Assembly (NCBI RefSeq): GCF_963921235.1
Contig: NC_086108.1
Span: 93,436,001-93,500,000 of the forward strand
DNA from: Mobula hypostoma
Taxonomy: Eukaryota
Direction: 5' to 3'
DNA: 64,000 nucleotides
A program made the position numbers and the translations under genes. The notes under the pieces are model-generated. The model ran no database searches. It had not been told where the DNA came from and saw only the letters and a list, made by a program, of their open reading frames with translations. Of this stretch, positions 23,601 through 37,099 are shown piece after piece. Each line of letters begins with the position of its first letter. Within the stretch, counting starts at the first letter, position 1.

Positions 23601-26400
23601 CACAAGATCACAAGACAAAGGAGCAGAAGTAGGCCATTCGGCCCATCAAGTCTGCTCCGCAGCTCCCCCGTGAACTAAACTATTCACCCATCTAGTTCCA
23701 ATTTCCAGCTTTTTCCCCATATCCCTTGATACCCTGACTAATTAGATACCTGTCAATCTCCTCCTTAAATACCCTCAATGATTGGGCCTCTACAGCTGTA
23801 TGTGGCAACGAATTCCACAAATCCACGACCCTCTGGCTAAAAAAATTTCTCCTCATCTCTGTTTTAACTGGGTACCCTCCAATTCTAAGACTATGGCCTC
23901 TTGACCTGGACTCACCCACCAAGGGAAACAACCTTTCCACATCTACTCTGTCCAACCCTTTCAACATTCAAAATGTTTCTACGAGATCCCCTCTCATTCT
24001 TCTATACTCTAATGAATACAATCCAAGAGCCGACAAACGCTCCTCATATGTTAGCCCCTGCATTCCAGGAGTCATCCTCGTAAATCTTCTCTGAACTCTC
24101 TCCAACATCAGTACATCCTTTCTAAGATAGGGGGCCCAAAACTGCACACAGTATTCCAAATGAGGTCTCACTAATGCCCCATAGAGCCTCATCAACACCT
24201 CCTTACTCTTATACACTATTCCTCTTGAAATGAATGCCAACATAGCATTCGCTTTCCTTACCGCCGATCCAACTTGGTGGTTAACCTTTAGGGTATCCTG
24301 CACGAGGACCCCCAAGTCCCTTTGCACTTCCTATTTTTGAATTTTCTCCCCATCTAAGTAATAATCTGCCCGATTATTTCTTCTTCCGAAATGTACAACC
24401 GTACATTTGTCAATGTTGTATCTCATCTGCCATTTCTTTCCCACTCTCCTAAACTGGCTAAGTCTCTCTGCAACCTTTCCGTTTCTTCAACATTTCTTGC
24501 TTCTCCACCTATCTTGGTGTCATCCGCAAACTTAGCCACAAAACCATTTAATCCATAATCCAAATCATCGATATACATCGTAAAAAAAAGCGGCCCCAAC
24601 ATCGACCCCTGCAGAACACCACTAGTAACCGGCAACCAATCAGAATAGGATCCCTTTATTCCCACCCTTTGCTTTCTGCCTATCAGCCAATGCTCCACCC
24701 ATTTCAATATCTTTCCTATAATTCCATGGGCTCTCATCTTATTAAGCAGCCTCATATGTGGCACCTTATCGAAGGCCTTTTGAAAATCCAAATACAGAAC
24801 ATCCACAGCCTCTCCCTTGTCAATCTTATTCAAGATTACCTCAAAAAATTCTAATCGGTTGGTGAGACACGATCTTCCCTTCATGAAACCATGCTGGTTT
24901 CAGCCTATCTTGTCATGCACCTCGAGGTATTTCATAACCTCGTCCTTGAGGATTGACTCCAAAATCTTTCCAACTACCGATGTCAGACTAATAAGTCTAT
25001 AATTTTCTTTTTGCTGCCTCCTTCCTTTCTTAAATAACGGAACTACATTTGCAACCTTCCAGTCCTCCGGAACCATGCCAGAGTCTATTGATTCCTAGAA
25101 GATCATTTCCAATGCTTCCACAATCTCCAAAGCTACCTCCTTCAGAACCCTTGGGTGCACCTCATCCGGACCGGGAGACTTATCTATTCTTAGTCCACTT
25201 AGCTTCCCAAGCACTTTCTCTCTAGTAATCTTGACTGTACCTAATTCTATTCCCTGATACCTCTGGCTATCAGGTATATTGCTCATGTCTTCCACTGTGA
25301 AGACTGATGCAAAATACTCATTCAGTTCCTCCGCCATCTCTTTGTTATCCATTATAATTTCTCCAGTATCATTTTCAATCAGTCCCGTATCTACCCCTGT
25401 CACTCTTTAAAATTCATATATTTAAAAAAACTCTTAGTATCCTTTTTTATGTTAATCGCCAACTTCCTTTCATAATTCATCTTTTCTTTCCTAATGACTT
25501 TCTTAGTTTCCTTCTGTAAGTTTTTAAAAGTCTTCCAGTCCTCATTTTTCCCACTAATTTTTGCTTCCTTGTACGCCGTTTCTTTTGCATTTATTTTTGC
25601 CTTAACCTCTCTCGTTAGCTACATTTGTGCCATTTTTCCATTCATGATTTTCTTTTTTCTTGGAATATATTTTTCCTGCATTTTCCTTATTTCTTGTAGG
25701 AATTTCATCCAATTCTGCTCGGCCATCCCTCCATTTAGCTTACTTTTCCAATCGACTTGGGCCAGTTCCTCTCTCATACCACTGTAATTTCCCCTGTTCC
25801 ACTGAAATATCGATACACCTGATACCAGCTTCTCCTTTTCAAATTTGAAACTGAACTCAATCATATTATGATCACTACTTCCACGGGGTTCCTTTACCTC
25901 CAGCTCCCTAATCGCCTCAGGTTCGTTACACAGCACCCAGTCCAAAACAGCCGGTCCCCTGGTGGGCTTCTGGACAGCTGCTCCAAAAAGCCATCCTGTA
26001 GGCATTCTACAAACTCCCTCTCCTGAGATCCATTACCTTCCTGACTTTCCCAATCCACTTTCATATTAAAATCTCCCATAATTATCTTGACATTTTCCTT
26101 CTGACACGCTTTTTCTATTTCCAGCTGCAACTTGTAGTCCACATCCCAGCTGCTGTTTGGAGGCCTGTATATAACTGCTAGTTGTGTCTTTTTACCCTTG
26201 CCATTTCTTAATTCTACCCATAAGGATTCTACCTCTTCTGATCCTATGTCCCTTCTTTCTATTGATTTGATATTGTTACTTACCATCAGGGCCACGCCAC
26301 CCCCTTTACCTACCTTCCTATCTTTCCTATACACTGTGTATCCTTGGATATTCAGTTCCCAATCACATCCATCATTTAGCCATGACTCGGTGATCATGGT
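23601..26400 (-). mobile_element. CR1 LINE ORF2 (APE endonuclease + RT), relatively young, frameshifted
   Basis: ITESWL, VIYRPPNS, IMGDFN, KSPGPDEVHPRVLKE, YLDFQKAFDKVPH, KFADDTKIGG and RPHLEYCVQFWAP in colinear minus-strand ORFs. Confidence 0.95.
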
Positions 26401-26683
26401 CACGCCTCCCCGAAGACCCCATCCAGTCTACTTACATTAATGTACGAACCCTCTTGCATGTATCTCTTATTTCCTAATTTATGAGATGTCCAATATTACA
26501 ACTATTTGGTATCCTATAAATAACTTGCACTATGTTCAATATCCTTCACAATTTCTTAACTTCACATAAATTGATCCTAATTTTACGTTCTGATCTGCCA
26601 GACCAAGATTGTTTTTCATTGTATACACAAGAGATTATGCGGATGCTGGAAATTTAGGGTGACACCCACAAAATGCTGAAACA

Positions 26684-27852
26684 GATTCAGAATCGGGTTT
26701 AGTATCACTAGCATTTGTTATGAAATTGGTTGTTATGCGGCAGCTATACATTGTCATACATAATAATAAAAACTATAAATTACAGTATATAGTATTAAGG
26801 AAGTTAAATTAAATAAGAGGTACAAAAAGAGGGAAAAAAGGTAGTGAGATAGTGTTAACACAAGGAATTCTGCAGATGCTGGAAATTCAAGCAACACACA
26901 TCAAAGTTGCTGGTGAACGCAGCAGGCCAGGCAGCATCTCTAGGAAGAGGTACAGTCGACATTTCAGGCTGAGACCCTTCGTCAGGACTAACTGAAGGAA
27001 GAGCTAGTAAGAGATTTGAAAGTGGGAGGGGAAGAGGGAGATCCAAAATGATAGGAGAAGACAGGAGGGGGAGGGATGGAGCCAAGAGCTGGACAGGTGA
27101 TTGGCAAAAGGGGTATGAGAGGATCATGGGACAGGAGGCCCGGGGAGAAGGAAAAGGGGGAGGGGGGGAAAAAGCCTAGAGGATGGGCAAGGGGTATAGT
27201 CAGAGGGCCAGAGGGAGAAAAAGGAGAGTGAGAGAAAGAATGTGTGTATATAAATAACGGATGGGGTACGAGGGGGAGGTGGGGCATTAGCGGAAGTTAG
27301 AGAGGTCAATGTTCATGCCATCAGGTTGGAGGCTACCCAGACGGAATATAAGGTGTTGTTCCTCCAACCTGAGTGTGGCTTCATCTTTACAGTAGAGGAG
27401 GCCGTGTCAGAATGGGAATGGGATGTGGAATTAAAATGTGTGGCCACTGGGAGATAATGAGGTAGTGTTCATGGGTTCACTGTCCATTCAGAAATCTGAT
27501 GGCAGAGGGGAAGAAGCTGTTCCTGAATCACTGAGTGTGTGCCTTCAGGCTCTATACCTCCTTCCTGATGGTAACAGTGAGAAGACAGCGTGTCCTGGGT
27601 GATGGGGGTCCTTAATGATGGATGCCTCCCTTTTAAGGCATCGCTCCTTGAAGATGTCCTGGATGCTGGGGAGGCTGGTGCCTGTGATGGAGCTGACAGA
27701 GTTTACAACTATCTGCAGATTATTTTAATCCTGTGCAGTGGCCCACCCTTATCAGATGGTGTTGCGGCCAGTTCGAATGCTCTCTACGGTACACCTGTAA
27801 AAGTTTGTGAGTGTCTTCAGATCTTCTCAAACTCCTAATGAACTATAGCCAC
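26684..27852 (-). mobile_element. Rex/Babar-like 3' fragment interrupted by a Penelope-like fragment
   Basis: Host motifs cattcagaaatctgatggcagaggggaagaagctgttcctgaatc. Confidence 0.75.
26857..27454 (-). mobile_element. Young Penelope-like 3' fragment with hammerhead motif at 26954-26989
   Basis: Highly similar to 61641-62245. Imperfect TSD tagtgagatagtgtt / taatgaggtagtgtt. Confidence 0.88.
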
Positions 27853-28158
27853 TAACTCAGCAAATCACTAAGGCAGCATCTATGGAGAGGAATAAACAGT
27901 TGGCAGTTTGGGCTGAGAGCCTTCATCAGGACCTGAGGCTGCCTAACCTGCTGAGTTCCTCCAGCATTTTGTGTGTGTTACTCCTATTATCACATCTCTG
28001 CCTCACTTCCTTTACTTTTATGCCTATCCTTCCAAAATATTATACGTATCTTTGAACATTCACTTCTCTCTTTTGGTCACCCTGCAGCCCCATTTCCATA
28101 TTGTTAAGCAGATTTTAATCACTTATTTCTGTTCAAGCTTGTTATGAGATTGCTGTTT

Positions 28159-28992
28159 AACCATATAACCATATATCAATTACAGCACGGAAACAGGCCA
28201 TCTTGACCCTTCTAGTCCGTGCCGAACTCTTACTCTCACCTAGTCCCACCGACCTGCACTCAGCCCATAACCCTCCATTCCTCTCCTGTCCATATATCTA
28301 TCCAATTTAACTTTAAATGACAACATCGAATCTGCCTCAACCACTTCTGCTGGAAGCTCGTTCCACACAGCTACCACTCTCTGAGTAAAGAAGTTCCCCC
28401 TCATGTTACCCCTAAACTTTGCCCCCTAACTCTCAACTCATGTCCTCTTGTTTGAATCTCCCCCACTCTCAATGGAAAAAGCCTATCCACGTCAATTCTA
28501 TCTATTCCCCTCATAATTTTAAATACCTCTATCAAGTCCCCCCTCAACCTTCTACACTCCAAAGAATAAATACCCAACTTGTTCAAGCTTTCTCTGTAAC
28601 TTGGGTGATGAAAGCCAGGCAACATTCTAGTAAATCTTCTCTGTACTCTCTCTATTTTGTAGACATCTTTCCTATAATTTGGTGAGCAAAACTGCACACA
28701 ATACCCCAAATTTGGCCTCACCAATGCCTTGTACAATTTCAACATTACATCCCAACTCCTATACTCAATGTTCTGATTTATAAAGGCCAGCATACCAAAA
28801 GCTTTCTTCACCACCCTATCCACATGAGATTCCACCTTCAGGGAACTATGCACCATTACTCCCAGATCCCTCTGTTCTACTGCATTCTTCAATGCCCTAC
28901 CATTTACCATGTATGTCCTATTTTGATTATTCCTACCAAAATGTAGCACCTCACATTTATCAGCATTAAACTCCATCTGCCATCTTTCAGCC
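28159..28992 (-). mobile_element. Young CR1 LINE 3' fragment
   Basis: ORF 28401-29018: WQMEFNADKCEVLHFG...RPNLGYCVQF...RLRGDLIEVFKIM. Confidence 0.92.
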
Positions 28993-29129
28993 TTTGCATT
29001 TAGATAAACTCCTTTCATCTTTCTCTTTGAAATTTTTTACGCATTTTAACTCTGCTGCATTTCTTTGATTCCTCTGCCTTTTTATTTCACTCAATACTAG
29101 TTCAGCTTCAATTTCCTGCTTTGTTCCTC

Positions 29130-30165
29130 TTTTTCATGATGCTCCCCAAAGGTTCCATTCCTTTCGAGGCCTGGCCAATGTTTTATCAAGTTGGAGCATA
29201 ATCACCCTGCTCTTGTATTTAATGTCCTGGCTAACAGATGCCAGCAAGACAAGTGCCTTCTTAAACATGGTATCGCCTGTGTAACTCCATTCAAAGATCT
29301 TGTACCTCAGAGTCACGCTGTTCCTAGTACTCTCTGTGACTTTGCCGATCATGCTGTATGTCATCAAATCAAATGAAGTTTAATTATCATTCAAACCATA
29401 CATGGATACAATTGAATGAGACAGCGTTCCTCTGAGGCCAAGGTGCATAATATACATTGAAAATAGCGAGGGAGAAACGCAAGTAAACATATGTATGGTC
29501 CAAGTCCCTGATGGCACAGCTCCTGGCAATCCAGCCTGTCATTCCATTGGTCGAACACTGGAGGGCAGCACACACAGGAGAGCCCAGCTCTCAATGGAGC
29601 ACGGATGCCACACTACACCACCTCCAGTGTCTTCGCACCTGGACTACAGCAGCTGACAAGCTTGTGGCCTGAGGTCTAGTCCTCACTACAGCTGAAGCTA
29701 TGCTGCTGCCTCGTCGCCTGTCTCACTACCGAACAAGGGAAACAGGTCTGCGGAACCTTACACCCTCAATGTCCAACAGGGACTTGCGATTGCAAGAGAA
29801 ACTTCCAAGACTGTCACTCATGGCTACACAGCACGCCGCTTTCACGCACCAACTCCAATGCCTCTCAGTAGTAGGCAGCAGCAAGGTTTGCACCCAGCAT
29901 GTGCCTCATTAGTCCCTCAAAGATACATCTTCTCATACTTATCTGAATTAAGCTCCATCTGCCATTTCATTTTTGATATTACCCAATAGTCTGAGACTAC
30001 CCTCCATATTACCAACAACTCCACCAGCCTAGGTGTCATCGGCAAATTTACTGATAATGCCTCCAATATAGTCATCAAAACCATTCACATACTTTGCAAA
30101 CAGGAAGGGTTCACCAATCCTTGAGAAATACCACTAGTCGGTGTCATCCAATCACAAAAAGAGCT
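29130..30165 (-). mobile_element. Old CR1 fragment, interrupted at about 29365-29910 by another repeat
   Basis: ccatctgccatt and gtgtcatcggcaaattt (KFADDT antisense). The insert begins with a caaatcaaat tail-like repeat. Confidence 0.55.
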
Positions 30166-31696
30166 CCTGTTCCATAGCCTGGAGTTCAACCTGCTACTGC
30201 TGGAAACACTCATCTGATTATCTCATATGGCAAACCTGGGACATTCCACTCAGCTGAAGTACCTTCCATCCAGGATATTGGGATTCCTTCCTCACTCTCC
30301 AGATGAGTATACTTGGCTCTGTGCAAAGGTCGCATCAGGGAAAAATATGGTACTACTTGGCAGTACCAAGAAAACATGCTCATGCTCTCAAAATGCTGGA
30401 GGAACTCAGCAGTCTCTTCGTTACTACTATCGGAAAGGAGGTACAGGAGCCTGAAGATTCTTACTCAATAGTTAAGGAACAGTTTCTTCCCACCCGTCAT
30501 CCCATTTCTGAATAGTCCATGAACCCGTGAACACAACCTTGTTAATCCTTTTCTCTGCACTTTTTATTCTTACAATTTATAGTAATTTTGTCTTAAACAT
30601 TGATACAACACTCTCAAACCACTGCCAATTTTGAGTCCAGCTTTTGCTGCAAATCTGCTATCTCTGCTTTCAGCTACCTCTTGTATTTTGTACTCATTCA
30701 CTCTCATTGTGGCTGGCCAGGTCTGCTCTGTAGCACCATCTCAGAAAGGGAACAATCATTTTAAAAAGCTTGATGATGAATATGGCAATGAGTTTATCTG
30801 CAAACACTTGAAACACATAGACCTGTAATTTACTGTGAAAGTGAGGCAAATAGTCTTCTCACATGTATGCAAAGTCCAGGAACTTTTTCACCTCATGCAA
30901 TCTTTGCACAGAGGGTTAAGGCTTGTCTAAGTTATATATGGGCATATTGCTCTCGCCTGATTTGTTCATAAGGCAGGGGACACATGCTCCTCTCCGCTGA
31001 ATTGCCCTGCCTGTCCTTACAGTTTACAATTTATGAAAGACAAATTAGACAACAGAAAATATTCACCGTGAAGCTTGTAAAATTTTTATATTTTGTCGTA
31101 TTAAATTAGTTATGAGGTCTTTTTTAGATACTTAGCCAATGTTTTAAATTTATTCCCCTCAGCTTTAATTGTCATTGAATGTATTACAAATTTAATAAGT
31201 CATTTTATTTTATCTTTCTTCTTTTTCTCTTTTTCTGCTAAGCTAATCTTTCATGCTATTTAGTTCTCTTTCCGCAATTGATATGACATTTACTGTTGTT
31301 TGTTCATTATGTGCCATGTTGTATGGCGTGGACAATCATGGTCTTTCCATGACCATGGCTGCTCTTGGCAAATTTGTCTACAGATATGATTTGCCATTGC
31401 CTTTTCCTGGGCTGCATCTTTACATGACAGGTGACCCCAGTCATTATCAATACTCTTCAGAGATTGTCTGGTGTAAGTGGTTGGATTTACCAGGATTTGT
31501 GATATGCACCAGTTGCTCATATGACCTGTGCCCAAACCTGATCGAGGGGGGTGGGGGGCTAAGCAGGCGCTACACCTTGCCCAAGGGAGTCCTGCAGGTT
31601 AGCAGAGTAAAGGAGCACCTTACACCTCCTTTGGTAGAGCTGTATATCCAAACCATCATCCATTAAATATGCATTAAATATACTCAATCTAATTAC

Positions 31697-34440
31697 CATA
31701 AGACCAGTAGATATAGGATCAAAATTAGGCCATTTGGCTTATTATGTCTGCTCTGCCATTCAATCATGGCTGATCCTTTTTTCTCCTCCTCAGCCCCACT
31801 CCCCATAACCTTTGATGACATGTCCAATCAAGAACCTATCAAACTTTGCCTTAAATATACCCAACGACCTGGCCTCCACAGCTCCCTCTGGTAATAAATT
31901 CCACAAGTTCACCATTCTCTGGCTGAAGAAATTTCTTTGCATCTCTGTTTTAAATGGATGCCCCCCTATCCTGTGTCTGTGCCCTCTTGTCCTAGACTCC
32001 CCCACCATGGGAAACATCCTTTCCACATTTACTCTGTCTGGGCCTTTCAACATTTGAAAGGTTTCAATGAGATCCCCCCTCATCCTTCTAAATTCCAGCG
32101 ATTACAGACCCAGAGCTATCAAACGTTCCTCATATAATAACCCTTTCATTCCCAGTGGCAGGTCTCATCAGCAAGAACGATGAGTCAGCATACAGAGAGG
32201 AGGTGCAGCGGCTAATGGACTGGTGCAGAGCCAACAACCTGTCTCTGAATGTGAACAAAACAAAAGAGATGGTTGTTGACTTCAGGAGGACACGGAACGA
32301 CCACTCTCCACTGAACATCGACGACTCCTCCGTAGAGATCGTTAAGAGCACCAAATTTCTTGGTGTTCATCTGGCAGAGAATCTCACCTGGTCCCTCAAC
32401 ACCAGCTCCATAGCAAAGAAAGCCCAGCAGCGTCTCTACTTTCTGCGAAGGCAGAGAGAAGTCCATCTCCCACCCCCCATCCTCAACACATTCTACAGAG
32501 GTTGTATTGAGAGCATCCTGAGCAGCTGCATCACTGCCTGGTTCAGAAATCGCACCATCTCGGATTGCAAGATCCTGCAGTGGATAGTGAGGTCAGCTGA
32601 GAAGATCGTTGGGGTCTCTCTTCCCACTATTAGAGACATTTACACCACACGCTGCATCCGTAAAGCAAACAGCATTATGAAGGATCCCACGCACCCCTCA
32701 TACAAACTCTTCTCCCTCCTGCCATCTGGAAAAAGGCACCGAAGCATTCGGGCTTTCACGACCAGACTATGTAACAGTTTCTTCCCCCAAGTCATCAGAC
32801 TCCTCAATACCCAGAGCCTGGACTGACACCAACCTACTGCCCTCTACTGTGCATATTGTGTTGTTTATTATTTATTGTAATGCCTGCACTGTTCTGTGCA
32901 CTTTATGCAGTCCTGGGTAGGTCTATAATCTTGTGTAGTTTTCTGTTGTTTTTTACGTAGTTCAGTGTAGTTTTTGTATTGTTCATGTAGCACCATGGTC
33001 CTGAAAAACATTGTCTCATTTTTACTGTGTACTGTACCAGCAGTTATGGTCGAAATGACAATAAAAAGTGACTTGACTTGACTTGACTTGATCATTCGTG
33101 AACCTCCGCTGAACCCTCTTACATGAGAAGCCCAAAACTGTTCACAATACCCAAGGTGAGGTCTCACCAGTGCGTTATAAATTCTCAGCATCACATCTCT
33201 GCTCTTATATTCTAGACCTCTTGAAATGAATACTAACATTGCATTTGCCTTCCTCACCACTGACTCTACCTACAAGTTAACCTTTAGGGTGTTCTGCACA
33301 AGGACTCCCAAGTTGTTTTGCATTTCGGAATTTTGGATTTTCTCCCCATTTAGAAAATAGTCTACATATTTATTTCTACTACCAAGGTGCATGACCATGC
33401 ATTTTCCAACATTATATTTCATTTTCCACTTTTTTGCTCATTCTCCTAATCTGTCTAAGTCCTTCTGCAGTCTGCCTGTTTCCTCAATACTACCTGCCGC
33501 TCCACCAATCTTTGTATCATCTGTAAACTTGGCAACAAAGCCATCTGTTCCATCACTAAATCATTGATGTACACCATAAAAAGAAGTGGTCTCAACACCG
33601 ACCCCTGCAGAACATCACTAGTCACTGGCAGCCAATCAGAAAAGGATCCATTTGTTCCCACTCACTGCCTGCTACCAATCAGCCAATGCTCTAACCATAC
33701 TAGTAACTTCCCTGTAATACCGTGGGCTCTTAACTTGGTAAGCTGCCTCACTTGTGGCACCTTGTCATAAGCCTTCTGAAAGTCCAAATATACAACATCC
33801 ACTGCATCCCCTTTATCTATCCTACGTGTAATCTCCTCAAAGAATTCCAACTGGTTCATCAGGTAAGATTTTCCCTTCGGAAATCATGTTGGCTTTGTCC
33901 TATCTTGTCTTGGGACATCAAGTACTCCATAACCTCATCCTTAACAATTGACTCTAACATCTTTCCAACCACTGAGGTCAGGCTAACAGATCTATAATTT
34001 TCTTTCTGCTGCCTTCTTCCTTTACTTAAAGAGTGGAGTGATATTTACAATTTTCCAGTCCTCTGGAACCATGCCAGAGTCCAATGATTTTTAAAAGATC
34101 GCTACTAATCCCTCCACAATCTCTACTGCTACTTCTTTCAGAACGCTAGGGTGCAGTTCATCTGGTCTGGGTGACTTATGCACCCTAAGGTTTTTCAACT
34201 TTTTAAGCACTTTCTCCCTTGTAATAGTAACTGCACTCACTCCTCTTCCCTCAAACCCTTCAACATCTGGCACACTGCTAGTGTCTTCCACAGTAAATAT
34301 ACTCATTTATTTCATCTGCCATCACCTTTCACTATCCACTTCGATGTTGTTTGCTAGCTTGTTTTCATGTTTCATCTTTTCCCTCCTAATAATACTTTTA
34401 GTTGCTCTCTGTAGGTTTTTAAAAGCTTCCCAATCCTAAT
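31697..34440 (-). mobile_element. CR1 LINE (RT) interrupted by a Rex/Babar copy
   Basis: KSPRPDELHPSVLKE, YLDFQKAYDKVP, RPHLGYCEQFW and RGDLIETFQML segments. Confidence 0.9.
32154..33090 (+). mobile_element. Young Rex/Babar-like LINE 3' fragment with (GACTT)n tail
   Basis: ORF 32155-32826 is nearly identical to 20337-21101. Confidence 0.92.
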
Positions 34441-34578
34441 AACATGGTAAACTGAATAATCTCAGTTCTTTCACTTGATTGATTAAGGAGAACCTTAATG
34501 CTGTGCTTTGTGCTCACGTATCCCACTTTTAGTCTTCTTGCAGATGCTTAAACAAATATCTTGGCTAATACTCAAGAG

Positions 34579-34661
34579 TAGCGGTTCCTAACGCTTTTTT
34601 TTTTGCCAGTGAGCCCTACCATTTAGCAAGGGGTCAGTGGACCCCAGATTGGGAACCCCTG
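34579..34661. mobile_element. Short hAT-like MITE
   Basis: Degenerate TIR tagcggttcctaa / ttgggaacccctg; related to 46161-46240. Confidence 0.55.
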
Positions 34662-34807
34662 CTCTCGTACAAAACTAAGGGATGTTGCACTGTTTTATGA
34701 GCCATTAAATTAAGGATGTTTCTCGTCTGTTGTTGTTTTGAAAGACTCCATGACACCACTTCAATGAAGAACAGTGCAAACTACTGATTAGATATATTTT
34801 TAAGGGT

Positions 34808-35090
34808 AAGATTAGCTTTATTTGTCTCATGTACAATGAAACATCACAACATACAGTGAAATGTGTTGTTTTACGTCAACAGCCAGTGCAGATCAAGGAT
34901 TGTGCTGGGGACAGCCCAGCAACTGTTGCTACACTTCCAGCGCCAACATAGCATGCTTCCAAATCACCAGCCCCAACAGCAACAATACACCCTTGGAATA
35001 TGGGAGAAAACCAGAGCACATGGAGGAAAGCCGCACAGTGGGAAGAACATACAAACTCCTTACGGACATTGGCGGAATTGATCCCTGATA
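34808..35090 (-). mobile_element. SINE fragment
   Basis: ttggaatatgggagaaaaccagagcac...acaaactccttac core. Confidence 0.55.
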
Positions 35091-35309
35091 GGTGGTCACT
35101 AGCCCAAATGTTCAAATGCCAGCTCGTTTGAACATCTGAAATGTTGTCACTATTTTCTCCTCCACGGATGTTGCCTGATGCATTTAAAATTTCTGCATTT
35201 TCTGTGAACAATATACAACATCTGCAGCACTTTGGTTCTGTATAATGAAAGTAATTCTTTACATTGGAATATTTACTAAAAATTGGTTCATGTGCATAAG
35301 AAATGCAAA

Positions 35310-36705
35310 TGCTTTTACATCAATGATTACCATCCCGTTGCCCTGACCCCCATAGTGATGAAATGTTTTGAATGGCTTGTCAAGCCTCATATCACAGCCA
35401 GCCTCCCCTCATCACTGGATCCTCTGCAGTTTGCTTATCGTCCAAATCGCTCTACGGAGGACGCAATATCCACCACACTGCACACAGTTCTCTCTCACTT
35501 GGACAACAAAGACACTTATGCCAGAATCCTGTACATTGATTTCAGTTCAGCGTTCAATACCATCATCCCGCAGAGACCAGTGGAGAAACTGCCGCTGCTT
35601 GGCCTTAGCACTGCCACGTGTCGCTGGATTCTGGATTTCTTGACGGAGAGACCACAGTCAGTCCATGTTGGCAAGAACATCTCTGACTCCATCACACTGA
35701 GCACTGGATCCCCACAAGGCTGTGTGCTTAGCCCATTGCTGTTTACACTGCTAACACATGACTGTGCAGCCAGATTCAAGGAGAACCTGATCATTAAATT
35801 TGCAGATGATACCACAGTGGTGGGGTCATCAGCAAAAATGATGAAACTATGTACAGGGAGGAGGTCAAACACCTAGAGAGCTGGTGCAGGGATAACAACT
35901 TAATGCTTAATGTCACCAAAACCAAGGAGATGATCGTCGATTTCAGACGGTCTCAGCCTGAGTACACACCCCTCAGCATCAGCGGCTCCACAGTGGAGAG
36001 AGTGGAAAACATCAAGTTCCTTGGGGTGCAGATCTCGGACAATCTCACCTGATCCAGGAACACCACTGGGATTGTGAAATGGGCCCAGCAGAGATTGCAC
36101 TTTCTGAGGAAGCTTAAACAAGCATCACTCCCCACTAACATCTTAACTACATTCTACAGAGGCGTGGTTGAGAGTGTGCTGACCTTTTGCATCACAACCT
36201 GGTACTCCAGCTGCAGTGCTGTCAACAAAAAAGCCTTGCAGAGGGTGATTAGGGGAGCAGAGAAGGTTATTGGTGTCTCCCTACCTTCTGTCCAAGACCT
36301 CTTTCAGAGTCGATGCCTCCAGAAGACACGGTACATCATTAAAGACCCCTCACATCCTCTCCATGAACTGTTTGTTCTTCTGCCATCAGGCAAACGTTAC
36401 AGGAGCATCAAATCTAAAACCACAAGGCTACTAAACAGCTTCCTCCCACAGGCAGTCAGACTGCTAAATAGCTGCTCTACCTGACTCTGCTTTGGACACT
36501 TTTAACTTGCACTGGACACTTATAACTGATTTTAACTGACATGTGGCTGTTGTGTTTTACTATTTATTGTTATGTTTATTATTTAGTGTTGCGTTTGTTA
36601 TGTTATGATTGCACTGCCCATGAGAAACGTTGTCTCATTCTGCCCTGCAGAGCTGATGTATGGTTAGAATGACAATAAAGTTCTTTGAATCTTGAATCTT
36701 TGAAT
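35310..36705 (+). mobile_element. Rex/Babar-like LINE (RT), different subfamily, (CTTGAAT)n tail
   Basis: [53 protein letters not shown]. Confidence 0.92.
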
Positions 36706-37099
36706 CAATCTAAATGGATTAAGTCAACATTTTATATTGTGATTCTAGTAATATTTGCTGATTAGTTAAAGGTAGCCTTGTCAATATCAGGTATTTGTCA
36801 CTCAAAAACACAAAGTGACTTGATTTACTATAGTTATAATTACTTCATCAACAAAATCCTTGGGCTTTTGTAGATATACATTTTGTAGATATGCAAAACA
36901 ATATTGTAGATATACATTTTATATCTAGGATTTTGTGGATAAACAGATGACTACACTGATGATATGACTTTCCTTTTTGAACACGTGCATAGTTCATAGT
37001 TTTGCAGTGATTTTTTTTTAAATCAAGAATAAACTTGGAGGTTGGGATGAATGCTTGCTATTGCTTCACATGGGATAATCTTCCTTTGATAATTATGTG

